A model generated the notes under the pieces. The model did no database searches. It was not told the origin of the DNA and saw nothing but the letters and a program-made list of their open reading frames with translations. A stretch of 64,000 bases of DNA from a virus (Duplodnaviria > Caudoviricetes): the IMG/VR virus record IMGVR_UViG_3300037781_000208, positions 1 to 64,000 of that record. One strand, written 5' to 3'. The position numbers and the translations under genes are program-made. Of the stretch, positions 9,344 through 18,765 are shown piece after piece (position 1 is the first letter of the stretch; each line of letters opens with the position of its first letter).

Positions 9344-9985
9344 CTAGCCTCGCGCATCGAGGTGCGTTTCAAGATCGGCTAGGGCAGCTCGAACATTGCC
9401 TTTGCATCCCGCTGCTATTCGGGCGGCAACTTCATCCGTCGCACCCCACCCCTCCATGAGAAAGTCCCGGATTTCATCCGTTTCCGGAGCAAGCAATTTA
9501 ATCGCCTGGAAGCGGGTCTGAAAGCGTTCGGTCAGGTCGCCCAGATTCAGGTTACTTGTCCCGATGAAAGCCCGTCCTGCGGGCAGCTTGTCCAAGTAGG
9601 ACAGAAGCAGATCCTGAGCATCCCTTGAGCAGCGATCCAATTCGTTGACCAGTTTAACCGTCCACCCCGAATACAGACTCCCGTAATGCAGCTCGCGCAT
9701 CCACCCCTTCACCGTCTCGATGGTGACCAGTTTCCCGTTGGTCTCCTCGATGCTCCAGCGGGAATCGCTGAGGCAATTGGCCAGCATCTCAGCGATCGTC
9801 GTCTTGCCCACTCCGGGCGGGCCATAAAGGAGCACCTTGATCGGGGCGCGTCCATTGACCTTGGCCACTTCAGCCTTGGCGAGCAGTTTCCTGGCAACAG
9901 GTCCGGCCGGCCCAATTATCTCGTCTGGGCCTTTGGGTCTCCACGACAGCGGAGGACAACCCAACATGTTCGGTGGGACCTTCAT
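9344..9985 (-). CDS. Small AAA+ ATPase (clamp-loader/RarA-like)
   Basis: GPPGVGKT Walker A, VNELD Walker B variant, GTSN sensor 1, FQTRF arginine finger. Confidence 0.75.
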   Translation of the reverse strand: MKVPPNMLGCPPLSWRPKGPDEIIGPAGPVARKLLAKAEVAKVNGRAPIKVLLYGPPGVGKTTIAEMLANCLSDSRWSIEETNGKLVTIETVKGWMRELHYGSLYSGWTVKLVNELDRCSRDAQDLLLSYLDKLPAGRAFIGTSNLNLGDLTERFQTRFQAIKLLAPETDEIRDFLMEGWGATDEVAARIAAGCKGNVRAALADLETHLDARG

Positions 9986-10434
9986 ATCAGTCCCGCCTCC
10001 GAAAAGGAGTAGTACCCGATATTGCAGGGGTCGGCATCCTTGTCCCCGACAATGAGGTGGTCAAGGAGGTCGATTTGCATGGTCTTGGCCGCCTCTTTCA
10101 GTTGTCGAGTGGCCCGGATGTCCGCCTGACTCGGGGCAGGATCCCCGCTGGGATGGTTATGGGCCACGATCAGGGCTGTCGCATTACAGAGGATTGCCGG
10201 GCGGAGCACCTCCCGCGGATGAACCAGCGAGGCGGTGGCCGTTCCCTTGGTGATGGCTATGCGTCCGAGAGCACGGTTCTTGCGGTTCAACGGTATCACG
10301 AAAAACCATTCAACGGTGGGATCCGGATCGAACGCTCCCTCCATGTATTGAAAAACCCGCTCCGGGGAGTCTACCACCATGAGCGGGCCTGATTGCACGA
10401 GCTTGTACTTGAGGGAAGCCTCGTAGATTCTCAT
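9982..10434 (-). CDS. radC: RadC/JAB-domain protein
   Basis: VHPREV, AHNHPSGDPAPSQAD, LLDHLIV; start revised to the ATGA-coupled ATG. Confidence 0.9.
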   Translation of the reverse strand: MRIYEASLKYKLVQSGPLMVVDSPERVFQYMEGAFDPDPTVEWFFVIPLNRKNRALGRIAITKGTATASLVHPREVLRPAILCNATALIVAHNHPSGDPAPSQADIRATRQLKEAAKTMQIDLLDHLIVGDKDADPCNIGYYSFSEAGLI

Positions 10435-10919
10435 GCGCCCACCTCTCGACGCTCGTGCGCCCAACCGTCACGGCTGATCTTGCAAGAGAGTGTGTTCATC
10501 GGAATGTTCAATTCCTTGGCGATATCCTTGGGTCGCCTGCCCGACATATAAAGCGCCTTGGCCGCATCCCAATCCCTCCGTCGGGGACTGCCTCGCGTCT
10601 GAAATGGCGTCGGCTCCGGCGCCGCTTCCTCTTCATCGCCCTCTGACTGGAAGGCATCGTAGCGCTGCGCAGGTGGCGTCGGAATAGCTGGCCGAATCTC
10701 GGGCACTCTCGCTCCGGGCTGTCCTAAGATTTCCGCTACAATCTCTCGGATCAGCGGGACGGGGATTTCAGTGATCGAGAAGACCAGTCCGGTTAGGCTG
10801 GCTCGGCCCAGTTGATCCTTGAGGTGCTTTATCGCCGCCCCCCGCGTTCTCCCGAGATAGCGGCCCTCAAACAGGGTCTTATCGCCCTCCTCGCATACGA
10901 TCCAGTATAACTTATCCAT
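10431..10919 (-). CDS. C-terminal HTH DNA-binding protein
   Basis: DWDAAKALYMSG..PKDIAKELNIPMNTL..GW HTH; homologue at 63800-64000. Confidence 0.65.
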   Translation of the reverse strand: MDKLYWIVCEEGDKTLFEGRYLGRTRGAAIKHLKDQLGRASLTGLVFSITEIPVPLIREIVAEILGQPGARVPEIRPAIPTPPAQRYDAFQSEGDEEEAAPEPTPFQTRGSPRRRDWDAAKALYMSGRRPKDIAKELNIPMNTLSCKISRDGWAHERREVGA

Positions 10920-11208
10920 GGTGTTGTTCCTTTCGGTTTAGGTTGTTCTTTTTGGGGTTGTTCCCCATATCCTGTGGCTCCACCCAGCGGAGCAGGTGTC
11001 CCGGTGTTTCGGTCACCAGTCCCGTCCGTTTCAACGTCCCAACCAGTCGGGTGTAGTCATCCAGTGTGACCTTCCCCATCAGCAGGGCATAGAGTTCGCC
11101 GGAGGGCACTTCGCCCGCGTGGCGGATGATTTCAGCGAGGGCCTTGAGTGCCTGGAAAGCGGATTCCAGTTGGTCCCTCAGTTCAGTGTTTGATGGTCCT
11201 GTTGCCAT
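10912..11208 (-). CDS. Hypothetical winged-helix-like protein
   Basis: Helical, amphipathic ORF overlapping the next gene. Confidence 0.45.
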   Translation of the reverse strand: MATGPSNTELRDQLESAFQALKALAEIIRHAGEVPSGELYALLMGKVTLDDYTRLVGTLKRTGLVTETPGHLLRWVEPQDMGNNPKKNNLNRKEQHHG

Positions 11209-11356
11209 CTTATCACTCTGCCAGATTGGTGACAAAATCAAAGAGTAATCGTCGTCAATCTGTCGTTATTTTCCAACGACACTTTACTCTGGAATTGGGT
11301 GCTCACTCTGGCAAAGTTATGATCGGAAAAACCTGACAACGTAACGAAAGGAACAC

Positions 11357-11635
11357 ATGATCGACCTACTGAACATCCCACCAAAATTCCCACTCGGGAG
11401 GCTCCTCGCCACACCCGGTGCCATCGGTCTCGGGATCAACTTCGCCCCCTACATTAATCGTCACGTCCGGGGCGACTGGGGAGACGTGGATAGCGAAGAC
11501 TGGAAGCACAACGACGCTTCAATAGCGGAAGGAACGCGGATTGTCTCCGCCTACCAGACCGCCGCTGGGCGTATCTGGATCGTTACTGAGGCAGACCGGA
11601 CAGTGACCACCGTGCTGCTGCCGAGCGAGTATTAA
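11357..11635 (+). CDS. Conserved mobile-element hypothetical protein
   Basis: F.LG.L.ATPGA...RH..GDWGD...D...N...IWIVTEADR..TTVLLPSEY pattern typical of plasmid/ICE proteins; SD-like GGAAC. Confidence 0.75.
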   Translation: MIDLLNIPPKFPLGRLLATPGAIGLGINFAPYINRHVRGDWGDVDSEDWKHNDASIAEGTRIVSAYQTAAGRIWIVTEADRTVTTVLLPSEY

Positions 11636-11699
11636 CTCAACCTGAACGTTTAGCTTAGGCGCGACTTGATAACATTCTCGATTCAGCGGTGATGAACTT

Positions 11700-11960
11700 T
11701 CAAAAAGACTCGGGACCACGCCTTTTGAGTTCTGCTTGCTGCAGACGTTCCTCAATCGGCCATCTTGCAAATGCCAAGAAGAACAACATTACAATATTCA
11801 AAAGAGGAACCAACATCGTAATGCCCATGATAAAGGGGTATCCAGCTTTCTTAAAAATCAAACAAAACGGCCAACAATACAAAGCAATAAAGAGCACCGT
11901 CAAAATGAGTGCTTCTGGTCCCCCAATACCCTGAAGAAATGCCAATAAATTCATGTTCAT
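11700..11960 (-). CDS. Small membrane protein (moron)
   Basis: Two hydrophobic segments, KKAGYP..M...LVPLLNI motif; AT-rich. Confidence 0.6.
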   Translation of the reverse strand: MNMNLLAFLQGIGGPEALILTVLFIALYCWPFCLIFKKAGYPFIMGITMLVPLLNIVMLFFLAFARWPIEERLQQAELKRRGPESF

Positions 11961-12180
11961 GATGCAGCCTGTCTAATATTTGTCGAATGTAGATAAACAA
12001 CTGGGCTTTTCAAAAAGCGTTTCCACGTGTGCAGCAAGCACAAAGCGAAAAGTTTTCCAACCTTGAAAAGCAGATAGCCTACTACCTCATTTTTGTGGGA
12101 AATGAAAAAATCCCGATGTCTCTCAAACCGACCGGTCTGATAAGGGACCCAAAATTTGTAAAAGACTGGCAAGTAGACTT

Positions 12181-12936
12181 CTAAACACCCCCTCCCGGAG
12201 GTCGTTCGTGCAGGCCGTCAATCGGCTCGGTGGCCTTTGTTTGCTGGCCATCCGGTGTGCCGCCCTCAATTTCTAGCACACGGTCGTGTAGTTTTTTATG
12301 AATACATATGATAGGTTGCAAATCGGTCATCAAAGTACGGATGGTGTCAACACTTGCGGTGCTGAGCCAGTCGTTCTCCTGGAGCTTCCTCCAAAATGTC
12401 ATCAAGCGCAGGACGTGCAGTTGCGCCTTTTTCTTTCCGCGATCGGCCTCAGGCATGACCATGTCGTCCTCTGTCGCGAGGCGATCAAGAATGATGGATT
12501 TTGCCAACCGACGGGACGAAATCGGCGTGCCCTTATTGGCCTCTTGTTCGGCAAGGCTTAACCACTTTCTCTGCTCCTCTACATCCTTAATCGGAGCAAC
12601 CTTGCAATGCACCTCGAACGGCAAATTGTCCTTGCGCAAAGACAATTGAACTTTGCGAGACACGGATGCGTAATTGCGCAGCGTTTTATTCTCCAGACCC
12701 GTGATCCTCATCGCTTCGGTGTACGTGTCGCCCCAATCGCCCCTACCCTTGCCATAATTTAGCCAATCACCGATGATGAAACCCATGGAGCGGCCGGCTT
12801 TTCCAAACTTTTGGCCAAGGGTCGCCCATTCGTCACGGCTGATGTCGCCCTTGAAATCAATCCCAAGAGGACTCACAACGTACTGTGAATTGTCAATAGG
12901 CATCCTTTCGATGACAGTTTCGGGCACGAAGCTCAT
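12181..12936 (-). CDS. LmbU-like DNA-binding protein
   Basis: FIIGDWLNYG...Y.EA..ITGL..KTLRNYASVSR...RKDNLPFEVH..VA...Q..WL..A resembles the LmbU domain. Confidence 0.6.
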   Translation of the reverse strand: MSFVPETVIERMPIDNSQYVVSPLGIDFKGDISRDEWATLGQKFGKAGRSMGFIIGDWLNYGKGRGDWGDTYTEAMRITGLENKTLRNYASVSRKVQLSLRKDNLPFEVHCKVAPIKDVEEQRKWLSLAEQEANKGTPISSRRLAKSIILDRLATEDDMVMPEADRGKKKAQLHVLRLMTFWRKLQENDWLSTASVDTIRTLMTDLQPIICIHKKLHDRVLEIEGGTPDGQQTKATEPIDGLHERPPGGGV

Positions 12937-13423
12937 ACCGTTTACGCGTTGTCAACTGGCGCATTCCCAAAGCGGGTTTAATTCCAAGGGATTCAGTGAA
13001 CTCGACGCATCTTTTTGATACCGCCGCCCGGGTCACACCATGGCGCCTTGCGATCTCTGCCATGCTCTCCCCGCTGTAGTGCATATTGGTGACAAGCGAG
13101 AAACAGTCCATGGATAGACGGATGTTATCCTCCGATTCAATCAGGGCGACCAAGCGACGAAGAGCCGCCCATAGAGCTTCCGTATCCACCGCGGTGGTGT
13201 CGCTGTCCACGGTGTCAATCGCCTCATATCGTTCCGAATCCCTGACGGCGGCAGCCCGCTCGATGTATGTTTCCTGATCCGGCTTACCTGTTCGGTAGGT
13301 CGGTTTATCCGGACCGGTGATACCCAGCTTGGACATCTCCTTACGCTGGGCTGCGGTGAGGGTTTTCCAGGCTGCCTCGTACTGGGCGTCCCGGATGCGT
13401 TGCTGTTCTGCATATTCATTCAT
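12893..13423 (-). CDS. Sigma-region-4-like HTH regulator (Q-like position)
   Basis: SGESMAEIARRHGVTRAAVSKR HTH; ATGA-coupled to the ERCC4 gene. Confidence 0.55.
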   Translation of the reverse strand: MNEYAEQQRIRDAQYEAAWKTLTAAQRKEMSKLGITGPDKPTYRTGKPDQETYIERAAAVRDSERYEAIDTVDSDTTAVDTEALWAALRRLVALIESEDNIRLSMDCFSLVTNMHYSGESMAEIARRHGVTRAAVSKRCVEFTESLGIKPALGMRQLTTRKRYELRARNCHRKDAY

Positions 13424-13959
13424 GACCTTGGGTTCGGGGAGGGTTGTTTTCTTGCCGGTAAAAGTTGATTGGCACTCAGGATAATCTCGCGGGCATACCA
13501 CCAGATCCATTCCTCGACCTGCCATGCCGCTTGCGCGGGCGTGGAGGCAAAAACCACCGGAACGTCGAATCGAGCCTCGATGGTGGAGAGCGTCGCCAGA
13601 ACACTCTGTGGCTTGATAGCGCTGCGGTACTGGCCGGCTTCGATTTCGAGGCGTGTACCGACAATGAGAAGGCGCTTAAAGCGGAATCCCCGGAGCCGGT
13701 GCAGTTCACGGTAGAATCGTTCCCGGTTGCTGCCGACGCAGCAGCTGACAAGATCCGCCACACTCTTTCGCTCAATGGCAAATTGCTGCTCTGCCCCGGC
13801 AAAAGAATAATCGCCACTCTGGAGCGTACCCTGTTCAGTCGATAAACGAGTGAAGCGCAAAGGTGCCTGTTCACGGGTATCGATGATGGCGACTGGTTTG
13901 AGGTCAGCCAAACGTGCCAGGGTTCGGCGGGCTGGGTATGGTTTTAAAGTCTGGTTCAT
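13420..13959 (-). CDS. ERCC4-domain nuclease (resolvase-like)
   Basis: IIDTREQ, GDYS, IERKS motifs. Confidence 0.9.
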   Translation of the reverse strand: MNQTLKPYPARRTLARLADLKPVAIIDTREQAPLRFTRLSTEQGTLQSGDYSFAGAEQQFAIERKSVADLVSCCVGSNRERFYRELHRLRGFRFKRLLIVGTRLEIEAGQYRSAIKPQSVLATLSTIEARFDVPVVFASTPAQAAWQVEEWIWWYAREIILSANQLLPARKQPSPNPRS

Positions 13960-14144
13960 GAAATTAAAACTGGAAAGGTGACAGGTGACAGAACGTTCCC
14001 CCTAAAGGGGTTTTTGGCATATTGGCATATATTCATCCAAGCGGGGCATATAGCGCCATCGCTAGCGCGCGCTATAGTAGCCCCAATCCAGCTTGGTTCC
14101 GCAAAGGTGACAGAATTGAATTTGGATTTTGTCATTTGTGTCAT
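13956..14144 (-). CDS. Small ORF spanning the putative origin region
   Basis: ATGA-coupled at both ends; sequence dominated by repeats. Confidence 0.35.
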   Translation of the reverse strand: MTQMTKSKFNSVTFAEPSWIGATIARASDGAICPAWMNICQYAKNPFRGNVLSPVTFPVLIS

Positions 14145-14189
14145 GTATTGAAGCGAAGCCGCTCCTGAGGCGGACTTTTAGGTGACAAA
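13976..14189. repeat. Iteron-like repeats, putative replication origin
   Basis: AGGTGACA at 13976, 13983, 14105 and 14180; TGGCATAT x2 at 14015-14030; CCCC-TAAA-GGGG; TATAGCGC/GCGCTATA inverted repeat. Confidence 0.5.
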
Positions 14190-15268
14190 ATATCGGGCCG
14201 AGTTGTGTCAGGTACCCGACGGCATTGAACACTTCTACCGTTCTTCTGGGTCTCTATGAACTGGCCCAAAAGAGCCTGTGCTTTCAGGCGTTTGAAGGTC
14301 CTTTCCGAAATGCTGAATTTTTCGACGCAGAGTGCCTCCCAATCAGACACTGTCAGTGTTCTGTCACCTAACACTTCAAGGATGTTATCGACAGTAGCCT
14401 CAGCGGTTCTTCCGGGCGAACCGGGAACTTTTAATTTCAGATCCAACTGATCATCACGCTCCCACATCGGAAACTTCCAGCGTAGCCCTACAGGCTTCAC
14501 CGGCTTAAACGAACGGGCAACAAATTCCATCTTTACCAAGGGGAATTCCTCTGTGGAATCAGCGAGTTCACGCATGCCGCAGATCAGGTCAGGATCGCGA
14601 CCGAAAACTCCCGTTCCACTGGCAAGGTCGATAACATTCTTGTGTGAACTGTCGCCCTTAGTGAAGTGGTGACTGATGATGACTGCGCTCTTCAGGGAAC
14701 TGGCAATTTCTTCGATATGGGAGAGCAAATCAGAAACGCCCTCTGTGCCGATCTCATCAGCGCCGCCACTGAGTTTATACCATGGGTCGATTATGATCAG
14801 TCCGATTTCATGAGTGCGACAGTACTCGAGAAGTGCACCCTTGAGTCTTTGCATGCTCAAGCGTTGTCCGCGCAACTGCCAGATGTGGAAATCATCCATG
14901 TTCCAGATCCCGGCAGCTTCCATGATCAGTCTTTGGCGCATAGGCGCTTCATGCGGGAGTAATTCAAGGTCAAGATAGAGCACGGGAACTTTCGTGGTAT
15001 CAAAACCAAGCCATGTACGTCCTCCTGCCACGCAGGCGCCAATATGTAGAAGGAGCCATGTTTTGCGGGCCTTTGAAGAAGCCGAAACCAGCATCTTGCC
15101 GCCTCGATACAGCATGCCATGAATGATCTGCTGCGGAGGCTTAATGAGGCCTTCTTTGAGTTCCCGGTCAATATCTCCCCAGGGCCGTGGCGGCGGCAGT
15201 CCGTTCCAAGGGTCTGTGGTATTTGGCGGCGGCAGTTCTGTTTCGATGTCAGTACAGATGCGGCTCAT
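14141..15268 (-). CDS. RepA/AAA_25-type replicative helicase
   Basis: ASSKARKT Walker A variant, VLYLDLE, LIIIDP, SHHFTKG, ASG..VFGRDPD; ATGA-coupled start. Confidence 0.8.
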   Translation of the reverse strand: MSRICTDIETELPPPNTTDPWNGLPPPRPWGDIDRELKEGLIKPPQQIIHGMLYRGGKMLVSASSKARKTWLLLHIGACVAGGRTWLGFDTTKVPVLYLDLELLPHEAPMRQRLIMEAAGIWNMDDFHIWQLRGQRLSMQRLKGALLEYCRTHEIGLIIIDPWYKLSGGADEIGTEGVSDLLSHIEEIASSLKSAVIISHHFTKGDSSHKNVIDLASGTGVFGRDPDLICGMRELADSTEEFPLVKMEFVARSFKPVKPVGLRWKFPMWERDDQLDLKLKVPGSPGRTAEATVDNILEVLGDRTLTVSDWEALCVEKFSISERTFKRLKAQALLGQFIETQKNGRSVQCRRVPDTTRPDILSPKSPPQERLRFNT

Positions 15269-16272
15269 GGCGAAATCCTTCGATAGAATTGAGTTACAGG
15301 CATGGAGACATCCGGATCGGCTTCCCAATCGTCGATGTGCACACTAAGGAAATCGCGAAGGTCCTTTACGGGTTTACCGTCGTCGCGGCGTAGCCCCTTG
15401 AACCGATAAAGCTGAACCACGCGACAGTGCTCATTTAATTGATCTCGCCAACGACGAGCACCCATGATCCCGGGATCATCAGCATCACAGAAAATAAGAA
15501 CGGATTTCCCCGAGAAGTGCTCAAGGGCGAGTGGATGTATCCGCGAGGATGCCCCGAGCATAGCGCAGACAGAGGCAACCTTCTGCACGCCCTCCGAAAC
15601 CAGCAGGTGGTGAGCAGCGAGAAAATCCGAAACGCCTTCAGCCATAATGACTAGGGGTCGCTCGCCAAAGTCTGCACAACCAACAGGCCACGTGCCGCAA
15701 CCAAGCGTTCGTGACTTAGTTTCTGAACCCGATGATAGCTTTAAAGGCGTACCATCCAAATTTCTATCTGCACGAACATATCGCGATGAATCCGTTACAA
15801 CAAAACGACTATGATTAATCCACAATTGTCCGCGATCCGAGGCGAGTTGTAATCCTCGCAAGCCAATTTGAAGGTTTCGGCAAATGGTGACTAACGCACG
15901 ATCAGTAGGCACCGTGAGATCCGACCACTCAAATTTCCGCAATGCGCGCTGTGATGGCTTTTTAACAACATCGCAAGGCAGGACCTCAACTCGACCCCCA
16001 AAGCATCTCTCAGCCCACTCCAGAGCCTCTGAGAATCCTATCCCACGCGCGGCCATGATAAGGTCCAGAGGACCGCCCTTCTGACCAGTGGCGTGATCGA
16101 GCCAGATGCCTGACGAAGCATCAATTGCAAGGCTCGTCCCGGGCTCCCCCTGAACCGAACCGGCCCGGTAGTGGCTTCCCGTCAATCGCGCCCCCGGCAG
16201 AAGGACGGTAACCCAGTCCTCCATACGGGAATGTAGTGACGTTTTAATACGCTCAATATGGTACGTCGTCAT
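15265..16272 (-). CDS. Primase-like TOPRIM protein
   Basis: W.D.ATGQKGG.LDL N-terminus; AEGVSD and DADDPG TOPRIM acidic motifs; start revised to MTTYHIE. Confidence 0.7.
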   Translation of the reverse strand: MTTYHIERIKTSLHSRMEDWVTVLLPGARLTGSHYRAGSVQGEPGTSLAIDASSGIWLDHATGQKGGPLDLIMAARGIGFSEALEWAERCFGGRVEVLPCDVVKKPSQRALRKFEWSDLTVPTDRALVTICRNLQIGLRGLQLASDRGQLWINHSRFVVTDSSRYVRADRNLDGTPLKLSSGSETKSRTLGCGTWPVGCADFGERPLVIMAEGVSDFLAAHHLLVSEGVQKVASVCAMLGASSRIHPLALEHFSGKSVLIFCDADDPGIMGARRWRDQLNEHCRVVQLYRFKGLRRDDGKPVKDLRDFLSVHIDDWEADPDVSMPVTQFYRRISP

Positions 16273-16636
16273 CGTCGTTGACTCCCGTATCAAATCCATT
16301 GCGTAAAGCAGGTGTGCCTTCAGGTTGAGCTGACCCGATGCGGGCAACAACACTGCCGGAAGACTCATCATTAGACGAGAGCTTCCAACAAACAAGGTTC
16401 ACAAAGTAGCGTCCTTCGTACTCATTACCGCGCAGGTCAAAGTTTACCTGAACCGGTTCTCCGACTTGGAATTCGTCGAGACGGGAGCATCGCTCCTTGA
16501 GCAATTCGAATTTGATTTGCTGCGGGTAGCGATCATCTGTTTGGACAACAAACTCGCGCTTCGAGAAGCCGCTTGGGAAGGTTTGTTCTGGAAAGATTTC
16601 AAGAAGCGTGCCTGTGATTGATAGTTTTTCTGACAT
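16253..16636 (-). CDS. DUF3127-like putative SSB
   Basis: SGFSKREFVV...YPQ.IKFEL...V.FDLRGNEYEGRYF..L..WK with acidic tail DDDDVPY. Confidence 0.8.
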   Translation of the reverse strand: MSEKLSITGTLLEIFPEQTFPSGFSKREFVVQTDDRYPQQIKFELLKERCSRLDEFQVGEPVQVNFDLRGNEYEGRYFVNLVCWKLSSNDESSGSVVARIGSAQPEGTPALRNGFDTGVNDDDDVPY

Positions 16637-16638
16637 AA

Positions 16639-16818
16639 TTATTCGATGATGTTTGATTTGGATTGCTGACCACGGTGGCGCGGCCAGGGGTGATTGAATT
16701 TCAATGTGCGCCAAAGGGCGCCGAGACGGAGGTGCTGCGGGAGCGCCTCGATGGTGCGTGCCTGCGCGGGCGAGAGCCGACGTCGCAGAATGGCGCGAGT
16801 GGTTCCGTTGAGCCGCAT
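16639..16818 (-). CDS. Small basic hypothetical protein
   Basis: Fills the gap between the Gp157 and SSB genes on the same strand. Confidence 0.4.
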   Translation of the reverse strand: MRLNGTTRAILRRRLSPAQARTIEALPQHLRLGALWRTLKFNHPWPRHRGQQSKSNIIE

Positions 16819-16822
16819 GGGT

Positions 16823-17347
16823 TCAGCGAATTTGAATGTTCTGCCGCTCCTCAAGGACGGCCCCTGCCACTTCGTCGCCGCCCTTTAAGTCCTCCTTAAT
16901 GAGGGTTAGGTTGGGCTCGCGCTTGATGCGGACGTATTCATCGGGAAGCTCCTCAGGGGCGACCGTGAGCTTGACGCCTTGGGAGCGCCGCCACCCGATC
17001 GTGGAACGGGTATCCTTGAGCTTTAGACCGGGCTCGATGAACTGCTCCAGGTAGCGGGTCAGCCACTCCACGGTGCGCTCTGCTGCCTGCTGACGCTTCG
17101 CAAGACGGGTCTTCTCGGCCTTTAGGGCCTCGGCCTCCGCCCGGTGGTTTTTAATCATCGCGGCGATGTTCAGGGCTTTTGTGTCGCGCTCATCCTCGAT
17201 CCGGGACAACGCTTGCTCGATCCAGTTGAGGGCATCCTCGGTGGTGATAGGCGCTCCCTCTGGGCCCTCGGTGACGTCCCCGGACAGGACATCGGCGACC
17301 TTTTCCCAAAGCTGCTCAATTTCGAAATAAGTTTCGTACAGTCGCAT
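16823..17347 (-). CDS. Siphovirus Gp157 / Gam-like protein
   Basis: M.LYE...K..NIA..IKN..AEAEALKAEK.RL..R...YL...EP...IKE.LK.G..V.GA.LEER.N..IR. Confidence 0.8.
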   Translation of the reverse strand: MRLYETYFEIEQLWEKVADVLSGDVTEGPEGAPITTEDALNWIEQALSRIEDERDTKALNIAAMIKNHRAEAEALKAEKTRLAKRQQAAERTVEWLTRYLEQFIEPGLKLKDTRSTIGWRRSQGVKLTVAPEELPDEYVRIKREPNLTLIKEDLKGGDEVAGAVLEERQNIQIR

Positions 17348-17349
17348 GA

Positions 17350-18270
17350 TCAGGACTCCTTCTGGGCGAGTTTGGCCTTGAGGAAGGCAACGGCCTTGCC
17401 GGCCTGCTCAGGGGTCAGGACATTGATATCCCGCAGCTTCCACCGGGTGAGCTGATCGTTATTCCAGCCGCCTTCGCGGATGATTTTGACCAGTTCGGTC
17501 AATTCCGGCGCTGGCGCGTGCTCGCTGTCGTAGACGACCTCGGTTTCCAGAGGCGCTTGTTTTGATTGCGATTGCGCGGGCACAGTCTCCAGCGGTTCGG
17601 CTGAATCAAGCCATTTTGCCAACTGTCCGCCGGTCTCCTCAGTGATCTGGAAGATGCGGTCGGTGAACAACCCGGTGCGGTCCTTCGAGGTGGCCGCGTT
17701 GTGGGTCAGGTCGATGTCGAAGACGGTCGTGAATTCGTACTCGACGCCGTCGCGCATGATGGGGGCCAGCCCGACCTTCTTGGGCAGTGCCTTACCCTTG
17801 CCGTCTTGCTCGATCACATAGTCGATCTTGGAGCGCAGGCAGCAGATCACGTGAATCGGCGACTGGAGCACCGCATTGAGGATGCCCTTGAACTGGCGAC
17901 CGGCCTCATTCCAATTCATGAAGGAGTTGCCGCCACGGCGATCCAGCTTGTCCTTGTACTCGAGGATGCCTTCCCAGAAGTGGCTGGCACTGTCGATGAT
18001 GACCACATCGTATCCGGCGGAGGCAGCAGCCTCGATGGCTTCAACGAACTTCTGATGGTCAAACGGTGGGGCGATCTCGCAGACATCGAAGTCGTAGCGG
18101 TCACTGTAGAGGGACGCGCTGCCGTTCTCGGTGTCGATGAGGGCGATCTTCCCGTCGGGTCCGGCAAGGCCTCGGGCGAGGCGGATGCTGGAGGTTGTTT
18201 TGCCGCTGCCGGCTGGGCCGGTGATGGCGGTCTTGAGTTTGATTCGCTTACGCGAGGCTTTCTTGAACAC
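17350..18270 (-). CDS. AAA_24/Sak4-like recombination ATPase
   Basis: GPAGSGKT, IALIDTE, VIIDS.SH.W, GVEYEFT. Confidence 0.8.
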   Translation of the reverse strand: MFKKASRKRIKLKTAITGPAGSGKTTSSIRLARGLAGPDGKIALIDTENGSASLYSDRYDFDVCEIAPPFDHQKFVEAIEAAASAGYDVVIIDSASHFWEGILEYKDKLDRRGGNSFMNWNEAGRQFKGILNAVLQSPIHVICCLRSKIDYVIEQDGKGKALPKKVGLAPIMRDGVEYEFTTVFDIDLTHNAATSKDRTGLFTDRIFQITEETGGQLAKWLDSAEPLETVPAQSQSKQAPLETEVVYDSEHAPAPELTELVKIIREGGWNNDQLTRWKLRDINVLTPEQAGKAVAFLKAKLAQKES

Positions 18271-18339
18271 GGTACTATCCTTTATTTTGAGTTTGTTTTG
18301 TTGAATGGCACCGGGGACCTCCCCCGATGCCGGGAAAGG

Positions 18340-18627
18340 TCAGCGCCCGTTACGGGCTAAAATTTCTTTGCGACGCTCCTCCGCCGGATCGAAGGTCTCA
18401 TATCGGCGAATCTCTTCGAAGGTTACCCGGAAGGGGCGGAATCCCCGCAGCGTCTTGATCTTCTTGTCCCGGATCATCCGGCGGATGGTCTCGGGATGCA
18501 GGCACCATCGGGCGGCTAACTCATCGACGGTGAAGACTGCTTTGAGTATCGGTTCAGTAAGAGATCCGGGAAAGGTGGATACGGTTCCGAGTTCGGGTTT
18601 TTGCTGTGAGTGGGTGTAGTTCTGCAT
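18340..18627 (-). CDS. Excisionase-like HTH protein
   Basis: FTVDELAARW.LHPETIRRMI; AGGAGG SD upstream. Confidence 0.75.
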   Translation of the reverse strand: MQNYTHSQQKPELGTVSTFPGSLTEPILKAVFTVDELAARWCLHPETIRRMIRDKKIKTLRGFRPFRVTFEEIRRYETFDPAEERRKEILARNGR

Positions 18628-18661
18628 TTAGCCTCCTTGTTGGTGTCAACAACCGGAGGCA

Positions 18662-18759
18662 TTTCCGGATTTGGCCGAAAAAAAGGGGCTACCTGTGACG
18701 GTAACCCCTGATTATCAATGAGATGTAAAAATACGGATATTTCCGGAAGATTTCCGGAA
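18662..18759. promoter_or_regulatory. Operator-like TTTCCGGA repeats
   Basis: TTTCCGGA at 18662, 18740 and 18751; two TTCCGGAA palindromes with an 11-bp period. Confidence 0.5.
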
Positions 18760-18765
18760 AGTCTT

